The notes beneath the pieces are model-generated. The model had not been told where the DNA came from. It worked only from the letters and a program-made list of their open reading frames with translations, and searched no databases. Positions 29,760-44,908 of a stretch of DNA of 64,000 nucleotides are shown here, in pieces. The DNA comes from the human T2T-CHM13v2.0 reference genome, Homo sapiens: the NCBI RefSeq assembly GCF_009914755.1, contig NC_060938.1; one strand, given 5' to 3'. The translations under genes and the position numbers were made by a program. Each line of letters starts with the position of its first letter. Within the stretch, counting starts at the first letter, position 1.

Positions 29760-30420
29760 AGGTCATTTCTTGTTTTGGGCCCTACTCAAAGATGATCACT
29801 TCATTATTGTCTAGTGTATGGGCCAGAGTAGTATTCATAGGTGTGAAATGTTTGCTTCAACAACCCATGGAGGCATATAGCAGGCACCACCTTTTTCTTT
29901 GTGCTAGGGAATGCAAAATGTGGCAATTTGCCTTTACTTCAAGGGTATATCCCACCATGGTTTTAACCACTGTACCCTTAAATACTCTAATAAAGTATCA
30001 TGTCCCCAAATCTTTCCTACCCCTGGAATGCATATCTCTTAATAAGACCTCCAGTGAACCAACAATGCAGCCCCATCAGCATGATACTCAATGAAGTGAA
30101 TCCGTATAAGGTTTTCTGTATGTTCAAACAGTCTAGATTTCCTCAGATTATATTATGCCAGAGGCAGGTGAAATAACATAGCCCTGGAGGCAAGCCTATA
30201 AATAAATATTTGTGTCCACGCTATATGAGTGCAGATTTTTTTCTGATGGCTCTTTTATTATCAGAATAGAAAATAACACATTTTCAGTTCATTGGTTGCA
30301 TCCTATGCACCCAAGACCGTATTAATCTGATCCAGCATGTTAACTTCTCTGGTGGAGAGGCTAAAATGAGAGCACATAACATATGCTTTACTATGAAGTT
30401 GTATTATCAGGATTAGGCTA
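29760..30420 (-). pseudogene. Ancient ERVL-class reverse transcriptase fragment
   Basis: The minus strand near 30220-30075 translates, with frameshifts, to approximately LP-QGYVISPA-LWHNII*GNLDCL...IHFIE, similar to the ERVL RT motif LPQGYxNSPALCHN...VHYIDD. Confidence 0.55.
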
Positions 30421-30451
30421 GCCTCAGAATATGAATTTGGAATCTTGTTTC

Positions 30452-31135
30452 TTTTTTTTTTTTTTTAGTTTTAATTTTAGGTTTGGGGGTACATGTGTAC
30501 GTTTGTTACACCGATACACGTGTCACGGGGGTTTGTTGTACATATTATTACATCACTCAGGTATTAAGCCCAGGACCCAATAGTTATCTTTTCTGCTCCT
30601 CTCTCTCCCAGCCTCCCCCGTCAAGTATTCCCCAGTGTCTGTTGTTTCCTTCTTTGTGTTCATAAGTTCTTATCATTTAGCTTCCACTTATAAGTGAAAA
30701 CACATGGTATTTGGTTTTCCGTTCCTGCGTTGGTTTGCAAAGGATGATAGCCTCCAGCTCCATCTATGTTCCCACAAAAGACATGATCTCATTCTTTTTT
30801 TCTGGCGCAAAATATTCCATGGGGTATATGTGCCACATTTTATTTATCCAGTCTGTCACTAATGGGCATTTAGCTTGATTCTATGTCTTTGCTATTGTGA
30901 ACAGTGCTGCAATGAACATTCACGTGCATGTGTCTTTATGGTAGAATGCTTTACATTCCTCTGGATATATACTCAGTAATGGGACTGCTGAGTTGAATGG
31001 TGGTTCTGCTTTTAGCTCTGTGAGGAACCGCCATACTGTTTACCACAATAGTTGAACTAATTCACACTCCCACCAACAGTGTATAAGGGTTACCTTTTCT
31101 CCACAACCTCACCAGCATCTGTTACTTTTTGATTT
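30452..31135 (-). mobile_element. Older L1PA (about PA13-16) 3' end
   Basis: Poly(T), then gggggtacatgtg...gtttgttgtacatattattacatcactcaggtattaagccc (3' UTR), then the ORF2 end. Confidence 0.8.
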
Positions 31136-31149
31136 TTTTTCCTGAAAGT

Positions 31150-33985
<2,836 letters not shown>

Positions 33986-34255
33986 GTTCAAGGGCAGGAA
34001 GCATCCAGCAGTGGAGAAAGGTGTGGCCTGGGAGGCTAGGCCAGTCTCTCTTTTCACATTTTCCTGCCTGTTTATATTCTATCAATGCTGGCAACTGATC
34101 AGATTGTGCCCACCCAGATTAAGGATGGGTGTGCCTTTCCCAACCCACTGAGTCATATGTTAATCTTATTTGGTAACACCCTCACAGACACACCCAGGAT
34201 TAATACTTTGCATCCTTCAATCCAATCAAGTTGACACTCGGTATTAACGATAAGA
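33986..34255 (-). mobile_element. MLT2A 3' LTR of HERV-L (truncated at the L1 junction)
   Basis: gggcaggaagcatccagc...caatccaatcaagttgacactc is homologous to 45590-45832 and lies next to a PPT-like aaggggtgg on the minus strand. Confidence 0.85.
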
Positions 34256-37200
34256 AGACCACCCCTTGTCAACTTGAACCCATATACAACTCCTGAGATC
34301 ATACATAATCTTCAAATAAAGACAATAGTAAGGTCATAGTTACACCTAACATAACACAACTATTCTTCGTACAACCGGAAACGCACCAATCCCATACCCA
34401 AATACTATTATATAATGTTAACAATACTTAAATGCTGATATGAAGTCAATAAATCTTATGTCACAAGATAAAGGAGAAAGGAAATAAACTGAAGATGTTT
34501 TCTTAGTACAAGTGTATACATGCACAAACATGTTTTTAACAAAGAAGGAGGAAATACTCATGACGATTACAGTCCTCATTTCTATAGCTGATCACATGAT
34601 CGTAACTGGTACTGATGACTTCCTTCTACCACTACCCATTCAGTATTCCTTTTGCCTTCAGCAAGCACCTCAGCAGGTCGCGTTTTTTTTCCTAGTGGAA
34701 TGACCCAAGCCTTCATTCCTGAAGAGTCTGGGCTATCTGTGGTCCTGCCTGGATTGGGCTGTTGTAGTTTCCCATTGACCTGAATCACAGGGCATGGTAA
34801 TACTAAGAGATGCCCTAATGGATCTCCTGTATTCTATGCATACTCTTCCTTCCCTTCATTGTGTGTTAGTAGACTGATTTCATCTTGATAGTCCAGGTCA
34901 ATCATGCCAGCTAACACAGTAATTTTCTTCTTAGCCTGTTGACTTAAAGGTAGGAGGAGTCCAAAGTGTCCAGGTGGCAATCTTAACTTCCAGTTTAATG
35001 GAATTGTTGTGTCTCCTGGTGGCAGCATTCCTCCCTCTTGAACTAAGACCTCTAGGCCAGCAGAATGTAATGTCGTAGGAACAGGAAGCAAAAATTTTGC
35101 TAGTGGATCACTGGGGTGATGGATGGTGAGTGGTGCCACTTCCACTTCCACCCCTTGATTCCTGGACCAGTGAATCCTGGCTATAGGAGAAACAGTACCA
35201 TATATTGGATGCTGACTCAGAGCATACACGGCCTTCTGGAGAACTTTGCCCAAAGCTTGCAAAGTCCTGTCACCTAGTAGGTGTTGTAATTGTGACTTCA
35301 AAAGACCATTTTACTATCAATCCAGCTGCTTCAGGATGATGGAGAACATGGTAAGACCAGTGAATTCCATGAGCATGAAACTACGCCACCACTTCTTTAG
35401 CCATAAAGTGAGTGCCTTGGTCAGAGGCAATGCTGTATGGAATACCATGATGGTGGATAAGGCATTCCATGAATCCACTGATGGTAGTCTTGGCAGAAGC
35501 ATTGCATGCAGGATAGGCAAACCCATATCTGGAGAAAGTGTCTATTCTAGTGAGGACAAACCTCTGCTCTTTCCATGATGAAAGAGGTCCAATATAATTA
35601 ACCTGCCACCAGGTAGCTGGCTGATCACCCCGAGGAATGGTGCCATATTGAGGGCTCAGTGTTGGTCTCTGCTGGTGGCAAATTGGGCACTCAGCAGTGG
35701 CCATAGCCAGAGCAGCCTTGGTAAGTGGAAGTCCATGTTGCTGAGCCCATACATAACCTCCTTCCCTGCCACCATGGCCACTTTGTTCATGGGCTTATTG
35801 GGCAATGACAGGAGTGGCTGGGGAAAGAGGCCAAGTGGTGTCCACAGAATGGGTTATCCTATCCACTTGATTATTAAAATCCTCCTCTTCCTCCTCTGCC
35901 GAGGTCACTCGTTGGTGAGCACTCACATGGGATACAAATGTCCTCACAGTTTTGACCACTCAGAGAGGTCTGTCCACGTACCTCTTTCCCAAATTTCTTT
36001 GTCACCAATTTTTCTGCCATGCTTCTTCGAAGTCCCTGACCATCCAGAGAAACCATTGCTACAGCCCATGAATCAGTATATAATTGCACATCTGGCCATT
36101 TCTCCTTCCATGTAAAGTGCACAACCAGGTGCACTGCTCAAAGTTCTGCCCACTGGGAAGACTCCTTTTCACTGCTGTCCTCCAGGGAAGTCCTAGAAAG
36201 GGACTGCAGTGCTACAGCTGTCCATTTTTGGGTGGTACCTGGATATCGTGCAGAACCATCTGTCAACAGGCCCTACATAGTCTCCTCTTCCTCTGTCAAC
36301 TGATCATAGGGAATTTCCCATGAGGCCGTCGGTGCAGGCTGCGGGAGAGGAGGCAGGGTGGCAGGAGTGGAGACCATGGGCATTTGAGCCACTTCCTCAT
36401 GTAACTTACTTGTGCCTTCAGGACCTGCTCGAGCCAGTGTCCAGTAGTCCCCGAAATGTCTGATCATTTTCCCTTTCCCCAGTGCACAGTTACCCTGGTA
36501 AAAGGCTGGATTTGGAGATCTCCTTGGGGAAGGATGGGAGAAAGATTAACTGCATAAATTGTTGGTGATGTAGTGGGGTCCTTCCTCAAGGGGACTCGGC
36601 CTCCCCTTCATTCAAGGGGTTCTGGGTCTGTAAACTGGCTCAAGTCTGGAAATTGATTGAGGGGCTGTGTTTCTCTGTTTTTATCATTCGAATTAGTCTT
36701 TTGTCCATTTGACCTAGAAGTTTTCTGCTTGTATAAATTAAGTAGAAATGCAGTAGGCTTCCTATCAATTTCACTTCTAGGAACACCATGATTAATTAGC
36801 CAATGCCAGAGGTCTACACAAGTCACACTATTCTGATTGCTGCTTTGCCTCTGCTGTCCATTACAATAGCTATGCCCATCTTGACTTTGATGGTTGAGTG
36901 CTGCCACTTGGCCTCTGCCACTTTGGGATCCAATTATTCCCATTGTATATAAATTTTGTAGTTGAGTGACTGCAGTTCCCATGGTTAGATCTGACATACA
37001 GAGAAGAGCAATTACAGGGCTCTTCAAAGATGCAGGTGCTGCCCTCACAAATCTATTTCTCAAGACATTGGTCAAGGTTATATCTTCTGGATCCTCCCAG
37101 CTGGGATGAGTAGGTCTAAAGTGACTAATCCAGTCCACCATCCCAATATCCCTAAGCCTTCAGATCCTTTCCTCTACATTAAATCAAGGGAGATCAGGCA

Positions 37201-38397
37201 TTTCCAGTTCACTCATAGTGGGCCATCTTTAAATCCATATTTCAGGTAACCAAAAAAAAAACTGATCAGACCCTTTTTTAACTCCCCAAGCTGCAACATT
37301 AAATGCAGAGTACTAGTTAGAGGGCCCAGATCAATAAATACAGCCTGATTCAACACTATATTCCTTCCACCATTATCCCACACCATTAATATCCATTCCC
37401 ATGCCTGTTATTTAGATTTCTGTTTATGTAAATTAGAAAACTCAAGCAGTTCTTTTCAAGTGTCACACACTTCCTCATGGGTCACACTCTCAGTCTCACC
37501 TCTAGGTACCTGCCAGTTTAGTCTACTTATAGGTCTAGAAGCAAACAGGGGCATTGGGAGTGGCTCTTGAGGAGAATAAACATTATCTTGCCTGGTGATT
37601 GCCTCAGGGGAGGCCATCACTATTGCCTCAGGCAGCACAGGGTTTATCTCCTCAGACAAAGGTGGAAATGCTGATTGCAGCATGGGTCAGGGAGGCGATG
37701 CTGCTGCTACTGGGGATAGGGTAGCTGTTTCTTCTGGCAAAAAAAGAAAGTCTCATCAGAGTTTACAAACTCAGTGTCCCCAGCTTCATCAGGGTCCTCC
37801 TTCACATCCCCATTCCAAGATGCAGGGTCTCATTCTTTTTCAATCAATGTCCTCACTTTAACAATAGACACCTGACAAGGCTGGGTATGCAACTTTTGTT
37901 CCAGGTCAGCCACTCACATGATAAGAGCTTGTCTCTGTTTTTCCATAATTTCAGCTCTTTCTCTACAGGAGATAAAACTGTCACTCAGGGCAATCTTAGC
38001 AGATTTGAGGCTCAGCATCTGCCTCTGAGGCCAGGAGATAAAATCCCTGAGTTCATCATTTTCTTTCATCACTTTGTCTGCTAGACTTAGGAGCAACCAA
38101 CCAGTTTCATTATGTTCCCTTGTTCTCCACATGTGGTCAAAGGTATTATGTATTGAGTCACTAAACTCCTTGCCTCTCACGAGCAATGAATCAGGGTGTC
38201 AAATGCATTTATTTTGCCTAACTCTCTAAACAGTTCATGCCAAGTACTATCAGTGTTCTCCATACTATCAGAAGTAGAGTCCTTAGCATTTTTGGGTCTA
38301 ATCATATTAAGCAACCAACCACAGAAACCCCAAAACCAACAAAAGAACTCCATCCTTAATATTCTGTTCCTCTAGAATCACTCCTGGTACCAAAATC
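34256..38397 (-). mobile_element. HERV-L internal region: degraded gag, RNase H, integrase and dUTPase; protease/RT largely deleted near 36435
   Basis: PBS TGGTACCAGGAGTG (Leu-like) near 38379-38392. gag peptides (RNRFVRAAPASLKSPV), integrase (CPICHQQRPTLSPQYGTIPRGDQPATWWQVNYIGP) and a post-integrase dUTPase (LRLPPGHFGLLLPLSQ...GMIDLDYQDEI) characteristic of ERV-L. No env. Confidence 0.92.
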
Positions 38398-38483
38398 TGT
38401 ATTAGTCAGGGGGACAGAACTAATGGAATACATACATACATACAGATAGATAGATAGATAGATAGGAGTTTATTAAGTATTAA
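38398..38483 (-). mobile_element. MLT2A 5' LTR of HERV-L, PBS-proximal piece, with (CATA)n(GATA)n microsatellite
   Basis: tgtattagtcagg...ggagtttattaagtattaa continues at 45498 as ttaactcacatgatcacaaggtc. Confidence 0.85.
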
Positions 38484-39071
38484 TGTTGTGGGAATCAGGA
38501 AACCAGAGAGACCAATGGGTGGAAGAGGAGGATTTTTTTAGGCGGCCACCAATTCAACAGATTCATATCCAAAGGCTAAACACCAAACAAAGACCGGGCT
38601 TGACTTTTATACATACATCTGAAAAGGGCACAAAACCTGTAAGGTGGGTAAGCAAGCTTACAGAAGGAGAACAAAGGCAGTTTATCAAACAGTGACAGGT
38701 TTTACAACTCAGGCATGTCTTGTGACCATTGCCATACTGCACAGCTGGAAAACAGGAGCTTACAAAATCCTTGCAGACTTGCAGAAATAGTTACAAAAGT
38801 AGTTGTAAGAGCAGATCAAAGGATAATTGTATAGGGAAAGAATTTCAAAGGGGGAACTGATAAAAAGCATTTGTTTTTCTTATCCTTGCTCGGGGTTGGG
38901 GGGGTGTTGGGAGAGTCTCTGGAGCACGTTCCTTTGGGCTCTGGCTTTTCAGATAGTTTTATCAAGGCCCTGCTAGGGCTCTGCCTATTGCTGGCCTTGG
39001 AGGTAGTCAGCCAAGTACAGGAAAAGTTGTTTTTCCTTTTACTTAATTTTCTTTTTACGTTTTCTGCTTCA
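38484..39071 (-). mobile_element. 3' LTR of the HERV3-like provirus
   Basis: Direct repeat of 44909-45497. A by-eye alignment gives about 49 differences (about 8%). Confidence 0.92.
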
Positions 39072-39171
39072 TTCCCCCCTTTGGTGCTTCCTATAAATGA
39101 AGTTTAATAGAAAGCATCATCATCAAATTTTAATTCTTCATGGGGAGTTAGTTCTTACTTGGCAAGGGCTG

Positions 39172-41222
39172 CTATTTGGTTAGAGCCATTAGCTGAGTAG
39201 TTTGGCTTGTTAGAAGAGCCTCTATTGCTGATTGGATGTTTTTGACAAGGAGGGGTAAGAGACAAGGGAGTATTAAGCAACCTCCTAATATGGCCAGAAC
39301 TATTCCTACTAAGGTCCTGAATCCTCCGAGGGATGAAAACCAGCCCCCGAAGAGGGAGTCTGGAGACCATCCCCTCCACATCTGGACTGAAACATGGGCT
39401 AATTTTTGGATTTTTACAGTTATATCTTCAATGACTTTTCCATTGTCATCAATTTCTAGGCAACAATTAGATTGAACTTTCCACATACCCCTCCCTCCTG
39501 GGCTAGGAGGTGGTCTAAGGCCAATCTATTTTGATAAATAGCGTGTCTCATTTTTGTGGCTTGCTTGGCCAGCAGATTTAAGGCTCTTGCAGTGTCATTA
39601 GTAATGATTTCAAGCACTGCCTGCAACCTTATGATGTGGTTGGGCATGTAAAAGGGGTGTGGTATCCATACATTCCATCTTCTGCCCAGGTGGCCGGGCC
39701 ATAATGTTGGATTATTCTCTCAGGGGGCCATTCATTATCCTTCCAATTCCCTATGGCTATGCCCCTTTTATTTCTCCTTTTAGTTTCATCATAAACAGGG
39801 TACCTGAGGCTTCTCCCTGCTTTAGAGGGATTAGGAAGAAGGACGTTCTAATTGTTCCTAGTACACAAGCTCCTGTCCATTTAGCTGGCAGCTGCCGATA
39901 TGCCTGCAGTCCACAGATCCAATAGAGGCTAGAGGGTGCCTGCCAGATATTTGGAACATTAAGTTGGTACCAAGAGTTGTTTAAGGAAGGGAAACTGGAT
40001 GGGCTTGGGTGGGGCAATGCAGAATTATATTTCCCGTCCCACCATAAAGTTTTCCCTACTGTTTCATTGGAATATTGTTGTCCCAGGCAAGTTAATTCTC
40101 CTACCGGGTCTGTAAAGGCTTTTCCCCAGTGAGCAATGCAGAGTCTCCCAACAATAGAAGTTTTTAAGAGCCAGACGCTCGGGCTTGTGAGCGTTGGTTT
40201 GGGGGAGGGGACATTCAGAGTAAAGTTATCTTGGGGCATTAGCTCCCTTGCTTCCTATGGCCATTGATCTCTCATGTTGGTTCCCCCACAGATGTAACAT
40301 GAGGAGTCGTGCAAGCTGCTAGCTATATTTTCAGCTAGTTGGGGAAAGAGGTGTCTGGCCAAGGTAGAAGGTTCAGGCAACTCCTGGTGGATGTGCTCAC
40401 AGAATGACTCAAAAACTCAGAATTATTGGGTTGAATGGGTCTGAGTTTTCTTTATAATATATAAATAGACTCCTGGGTCAGTTCCCTGACCACTGATCCA
40501 TAATGTCATGGGGTAACCTGTAGTCCATATGGGCAGATTTGGCTCCAAGATGGTAAAATTTAAAGGATTGCAGGTTCTTGTCTTACAATATGGTTTTGCT
40601 GGCATTTTGGTAAGCCTGACGGTCTCCTGTGGTCGTCCCTGACTTTCTACAGGGTCAATGGACCACATCGTGCTGGCCTGACAGTCTGCTTCCAGAGACC
40701 TCAGGGAGCAAAGAGGGGTCTTCTCCTGAAAGCTTCCTCTCCTTGGTGCGCATATATACTTGTGACAGTTACTATAGTATCTTTCCCATGATAGGCCGTC
40801 ACAAGAAACTACAGGATAAGAGTAGCTGATGTATGCAGCTTGGCAGTCATCAAAATACAAGGAAATAGGCCCCCTGTAGGAGGGAGGGACCTTTTGGGTT
40901 AGGGTTAGAAGGTTCCCTTCTTTTGCCTGACATAGGCCTCAAACCGGATGGACTCATAAGGTGAGGAATTAGCATAATAACATATATAAGGCTGGTCATT
41001 TCCCAGGTCACAGACTAAGTAGGTCGTCTGATTGTGAATACAAGTTCCTCGGCGAGTCCCTGTACATTTACAGTAAGTGTGATGTAACAGCGTTCTAGTT
41101 ACTGTGCTCCCCGACCGTGTGGTGTGAGTACAGTGGGGGCACCCTTCTATGGGCCCATCCCCTGGCACAGGTAAAGGGAGTGCCCTGATGGGGAGGAGTA
41201 GGAACAAAGAAAAGAGCAGCAT
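39172..41222 (-). pseudogene. ERV3-1-like env, broken into at least five ORF pieces
   Basis: Signal peptide [16 protein letters not shown] (CxxC), SU segments close to ERV3 env (MPQDNFTL; [19 protein letters not shown]), fusion region [34 protein letters not shown], and TM anchor [23 protein letters not shown]. Confidence 0.92.
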
Positions 41223-41514
41223 CTTTATACCCAGCAAGGACAAAAGAGGTTTTTACCCAGTGGAGGAGGTTGAGCAAAGCAACAGAACAACAGTATAACA
41301 ATTAATATTATAAGGAAAATTACTAGGCTTAAGATCTCTAGCCACATTACTTCCCTGATGACAACTTAAGCTTCAGCCGTGCATAGACTAGTAAGCTTCC
41401 AGGGTAACTAGAGCATGGCTGTTGTCTCCTCAAGCTTCAGCCATGTGTAGACTGGTCAGCTTCTGGAGTGACCAGAGCAGGGCTGTCACCATCCTTAATG
41501 GCAACTCAGTCCCA

Positions 41515-44500
41515 TCATAGGATTAGCCGGGTTGGATGGTCTGGGTCCTGTTGGCTGGTCCACTTGTCTTGGACTGCTGGTTTCTGCCAACTGGGGTGGA
41601 TCCAAGGCACAATTCCTGCAACTCTAACAGCAGTGGGAGTGGACAAGATTACAGTATGGGGCCCATCCCATAGGGGTCCCAAAGTGGTTGGATTCAATTT
41701 CTTGACCCAAACAGAGTCCCCGGGTTTAAAGGGGTGTGCTGGGTCTGCCAGGCTTATGGGCATTCTTTCCCGTACCCAGCCATAGACATCTTGCATGGCT
41801 ATCCCTAAGCCCTGCATTTGCTTTCTTAAGGTTAAGTCCCTTAGCTCCCGGAGATCACCCTTAATTTGACCTATGATTGGGGGTGGCTGGCTGAACAAGA
41901 TTTCATAGGGTGAATACCCAGTTGTTTGGTAAGGGTGCACCTGACTCGGAGGAGGACCATGGGTAGGACCTGATCCCACCTTAGATGGGTCTCTTGGCAA
42001 TATTTCTTCAGTGGCTGTTTGAGTGTCTGGTTCATGTGCTCCACTTTGCCTGAGCTCTGTGGCTGGTAGGCTGTGTGTAATTTCTATCTTACTTTTAACA
42101 GCTGTGTTAGTTTTTGAACTATTGTGGCTAAAAATGCCGGTCCATTGTCTGACCCTAGAGTTAGGGGCAGTCCAAACCTGGGATAATGTCTCTTAACAGT
42201 ACTTTAGTCACTTCTCATGTTTTCTCTATTCTGGTGGGGAAAGCCTCAATCCATCCTGAAAAGGTGCAGATGAGTACTAACATGTACCGATAGTCCCCTG
42301 CTCGGGGCAGCTCAGTGAAGTCCATAAGCAGGTTTTCACAGAGTGTGGCTCCCATTTCCTGAATCCCTGGGGGCCGAGTGGGCCCCTGTCATGGGTTGTT
42401 CTGGGCACAAGTTAGACATTGTTCACAAACAGCTTGGGTGATGGCAGTGAGCCGCAGCACATAGAAATGGTGTCCCAGTAACATTTCTAGTGCTGTTTTC
42501 TCCATGTGAGTTCCTTGATGGAATTGTCTTACAAATTTGGAAGCCACCATTTCAGGAATGGCTAGTCTCCCATCAGAGAATTTCCACCATCCTACCTCAA
42601 TATATTTTCCGGATTCTTGGGCAAACCAGGCCTTCTCATTTGGAGAGTAACTTGAGACCTCCAGGAGGGGAGGTTCTGGGAGAGGAGGCATAGCCAGGGC
42701 TTCCTCTCCAGGATGCGAAGTTGTCACTGCAGCCTGTTTTGCTTCCCTGTCTGCCTTTCTGTTTCCTTTGGCCTCTAGTGTCCTGGACCTCTGGTGCCCT
42801 CATACAGTGCATAACAGCTACTTCTTTGGGGCCCATACAGCATCTAAGAGCTGTAAAACTTCCTCTTTGTACTTTATTTATTTTTCCCCAGCAGTTATTA
42901 GTCCTCTCTCCTTATATATAGCTCCATGAACACGCAATGTGGCAAAGGCATACTTGGAATCTGTATAAACATTGACTTTTTTGTCTTTTGCCAGCAAAAG
43001 AGCTCTTGTCAGGTCTATTAGCTCTGCCTTCTGAGTGGAAGTTTCTGTAGGCAAAGGTTGAGCCTCTGTCACTGAGTCCAGTGTTACTACTGCATACCCA
43101 GCTTGGCGGACCCCCTCCAGCATAAAAGTGCTTCCATCTGTAAAGTATTCAACATCTGGGTCCCTGAGGGGTTGGTCTGTAAGGTCTCCCTGGCTTGAGA
43201 ACACCTCGTCTACTGTTTCCACACAGTCATGGAGGGGGATCCCCATTCGATTGGGAGCAGGGTAGCCAGGTTAAGGATGTTTACTGTTTCCAAAGTTATG
43301 TGGGGATTTTCACGTAGGAGCCCCTGGTACTGAGTCATCCTCGGATTCGATAACCAATGGTGCCGTCTCTGATCCATTAACGTTATAACCAAGTGTGGTA
43401 CCTGGATGGTTAGTTGCTGCCCTAGAGTCATTTTGTCAGCTTCTTGTGCCAATAGGGCAGTGGCAGCTAGTGCCCTGAGGCAAGGAGGCCATCCTAGCAC
43501 CACAGAGTCCAATTGTTTGAATAAGTGTGCCACCAGGCGATGCCATGATCCCATGACTTGAGTCAGGACCCCTATAGCTATTCCCTTTCATTCATGGACA
43601 TATAGAAAGAAAGTCTTAGTTATATCTGGCAGTCCTAAGGCTGGGACCTGGGTTAAGACTTTTTTAATTTGTTTAAACGCCTTCTCCTGGTCAGCCTCCC
43701 AGAGGAGGGGTTCCTTTCCCCCCAACTTTGTGGCTTCATACAAGGGCTTGGCCATTAGTGAGAAATTTGGGATCCAGATACGGCAGAGCCCTGCTGCCCC
43801 GAAGAATTCTCTTATTTGGTGCCAAGTTGTTGGAGTTGGGAGTGCACAAACAGGCTGCTTTTGTTCATTGCTGAGCTGGCATTCCCCTTGACTCACTAGG
43901 AAGCCTAAATATTTAACCCTTTCCTGGCAAATTTGGGCTTTCTTTCTGGATACTTTATAACCAGCTTTCCATAGGAGGTAGAGGAAGTCTTGGGTTCCTT
44001 GGTAACAGTCCTCATGGGTTGGGGCTGCTAAAAGGATATCATCTATATATTGGAGCAAGGCACAGTTATTATTTGGCAGGGTGTAGGCCTTGAGGTCTGA
44101 GGCCAATGCTTCCTCAAAAATTGTGGGAGAGTTTTTGAATCCTTGTGGGAGCTTAGTCCAGGTGAGTTGCTCCCCTGTGCCTGTGACTGAATCATCCCAT
44201 TGAAATGCAAAGAGGGGCTGACTACTTGGTGCTAGGCAAAGGCAGAAAAAGCCATCTTTTAAGTCTAGGCAAGTAAACCAAGCAGCACTTGCCGCAATGA
44301 GTCCCATTAAAGTATACAGGTTTGGTACCACTGGAGGGATGGTCACTGTAGTCTGGTTTACAGCATGTAAATCTTGCGCCAGCCTATATTCACCAGACCC
44401 TGGTTTTTGTACTGGTAAGTGGAGTGTTCCAGGGTGACTGGTATTGGACTAAGATTCCAGGATCATAGAGCCACTTTAAGTGGTTGTAAATGCCCCAAAT

Positions 44501-44750
44501 GGCTTCTCAGGGGAGTGGGTACTGGTGAACCCGAACTGGAGTTGCTCCTGGTTTTAATTCTACTACTACCAGTGCCTAATTTACAGCCATCCCAGAGGGT
44601 TATCTTCAGCCCATACTCCAGGAATTTTAGTAAGTAACCCAAACAATTCCTCTATCCCCAGCATATGAGGCAGGTCTGGTGCCTGTGTCTTTTTTGTGTA
44701 TAGTCTCCATTCCTCAGCCTGCGGGATGGTAAGGATTAACACCATGTCAG
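41515..44750 (-). pseudogene. Gammaretrovirus-like pol (RT, RNase H, integrase), frameshifted
   Basis: RT motifs LDLKDGFF, LPQGFKNSPT and LLQYIDDILL (43588-44346). RNase H YFTDGS...QKAEL...YTDSKY (42878-43246). Integrase HHCC (HQGTH...CEQCLTC) and C-terminal WDGPHTVILSTPTAV. Confidence 0.93.
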
Positions 44751-44908
44751 GGAGGGGCACCAAGTCATGGGAGAGCTGCTTCCTTCTCTGGGTTTGAGTT
44801 CCCCCAGTGGCACGTGAGGTCACGGTTCTCCCCCAGCCCAGGGGCCTAGACCCACAGGCAAAGGAGACAGCAAACCTGTTGTCTCCACCCCTGCCTGGCT
44901 CACCAAAA

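Noticed and set aside
41360-41490. Direct repeat of about 60 bp between pol and env
   Set aside because: To my recollection this is a normal feature of the pol-env junction in ERV3/HERV-E-like elements, so it is not locus-specific.
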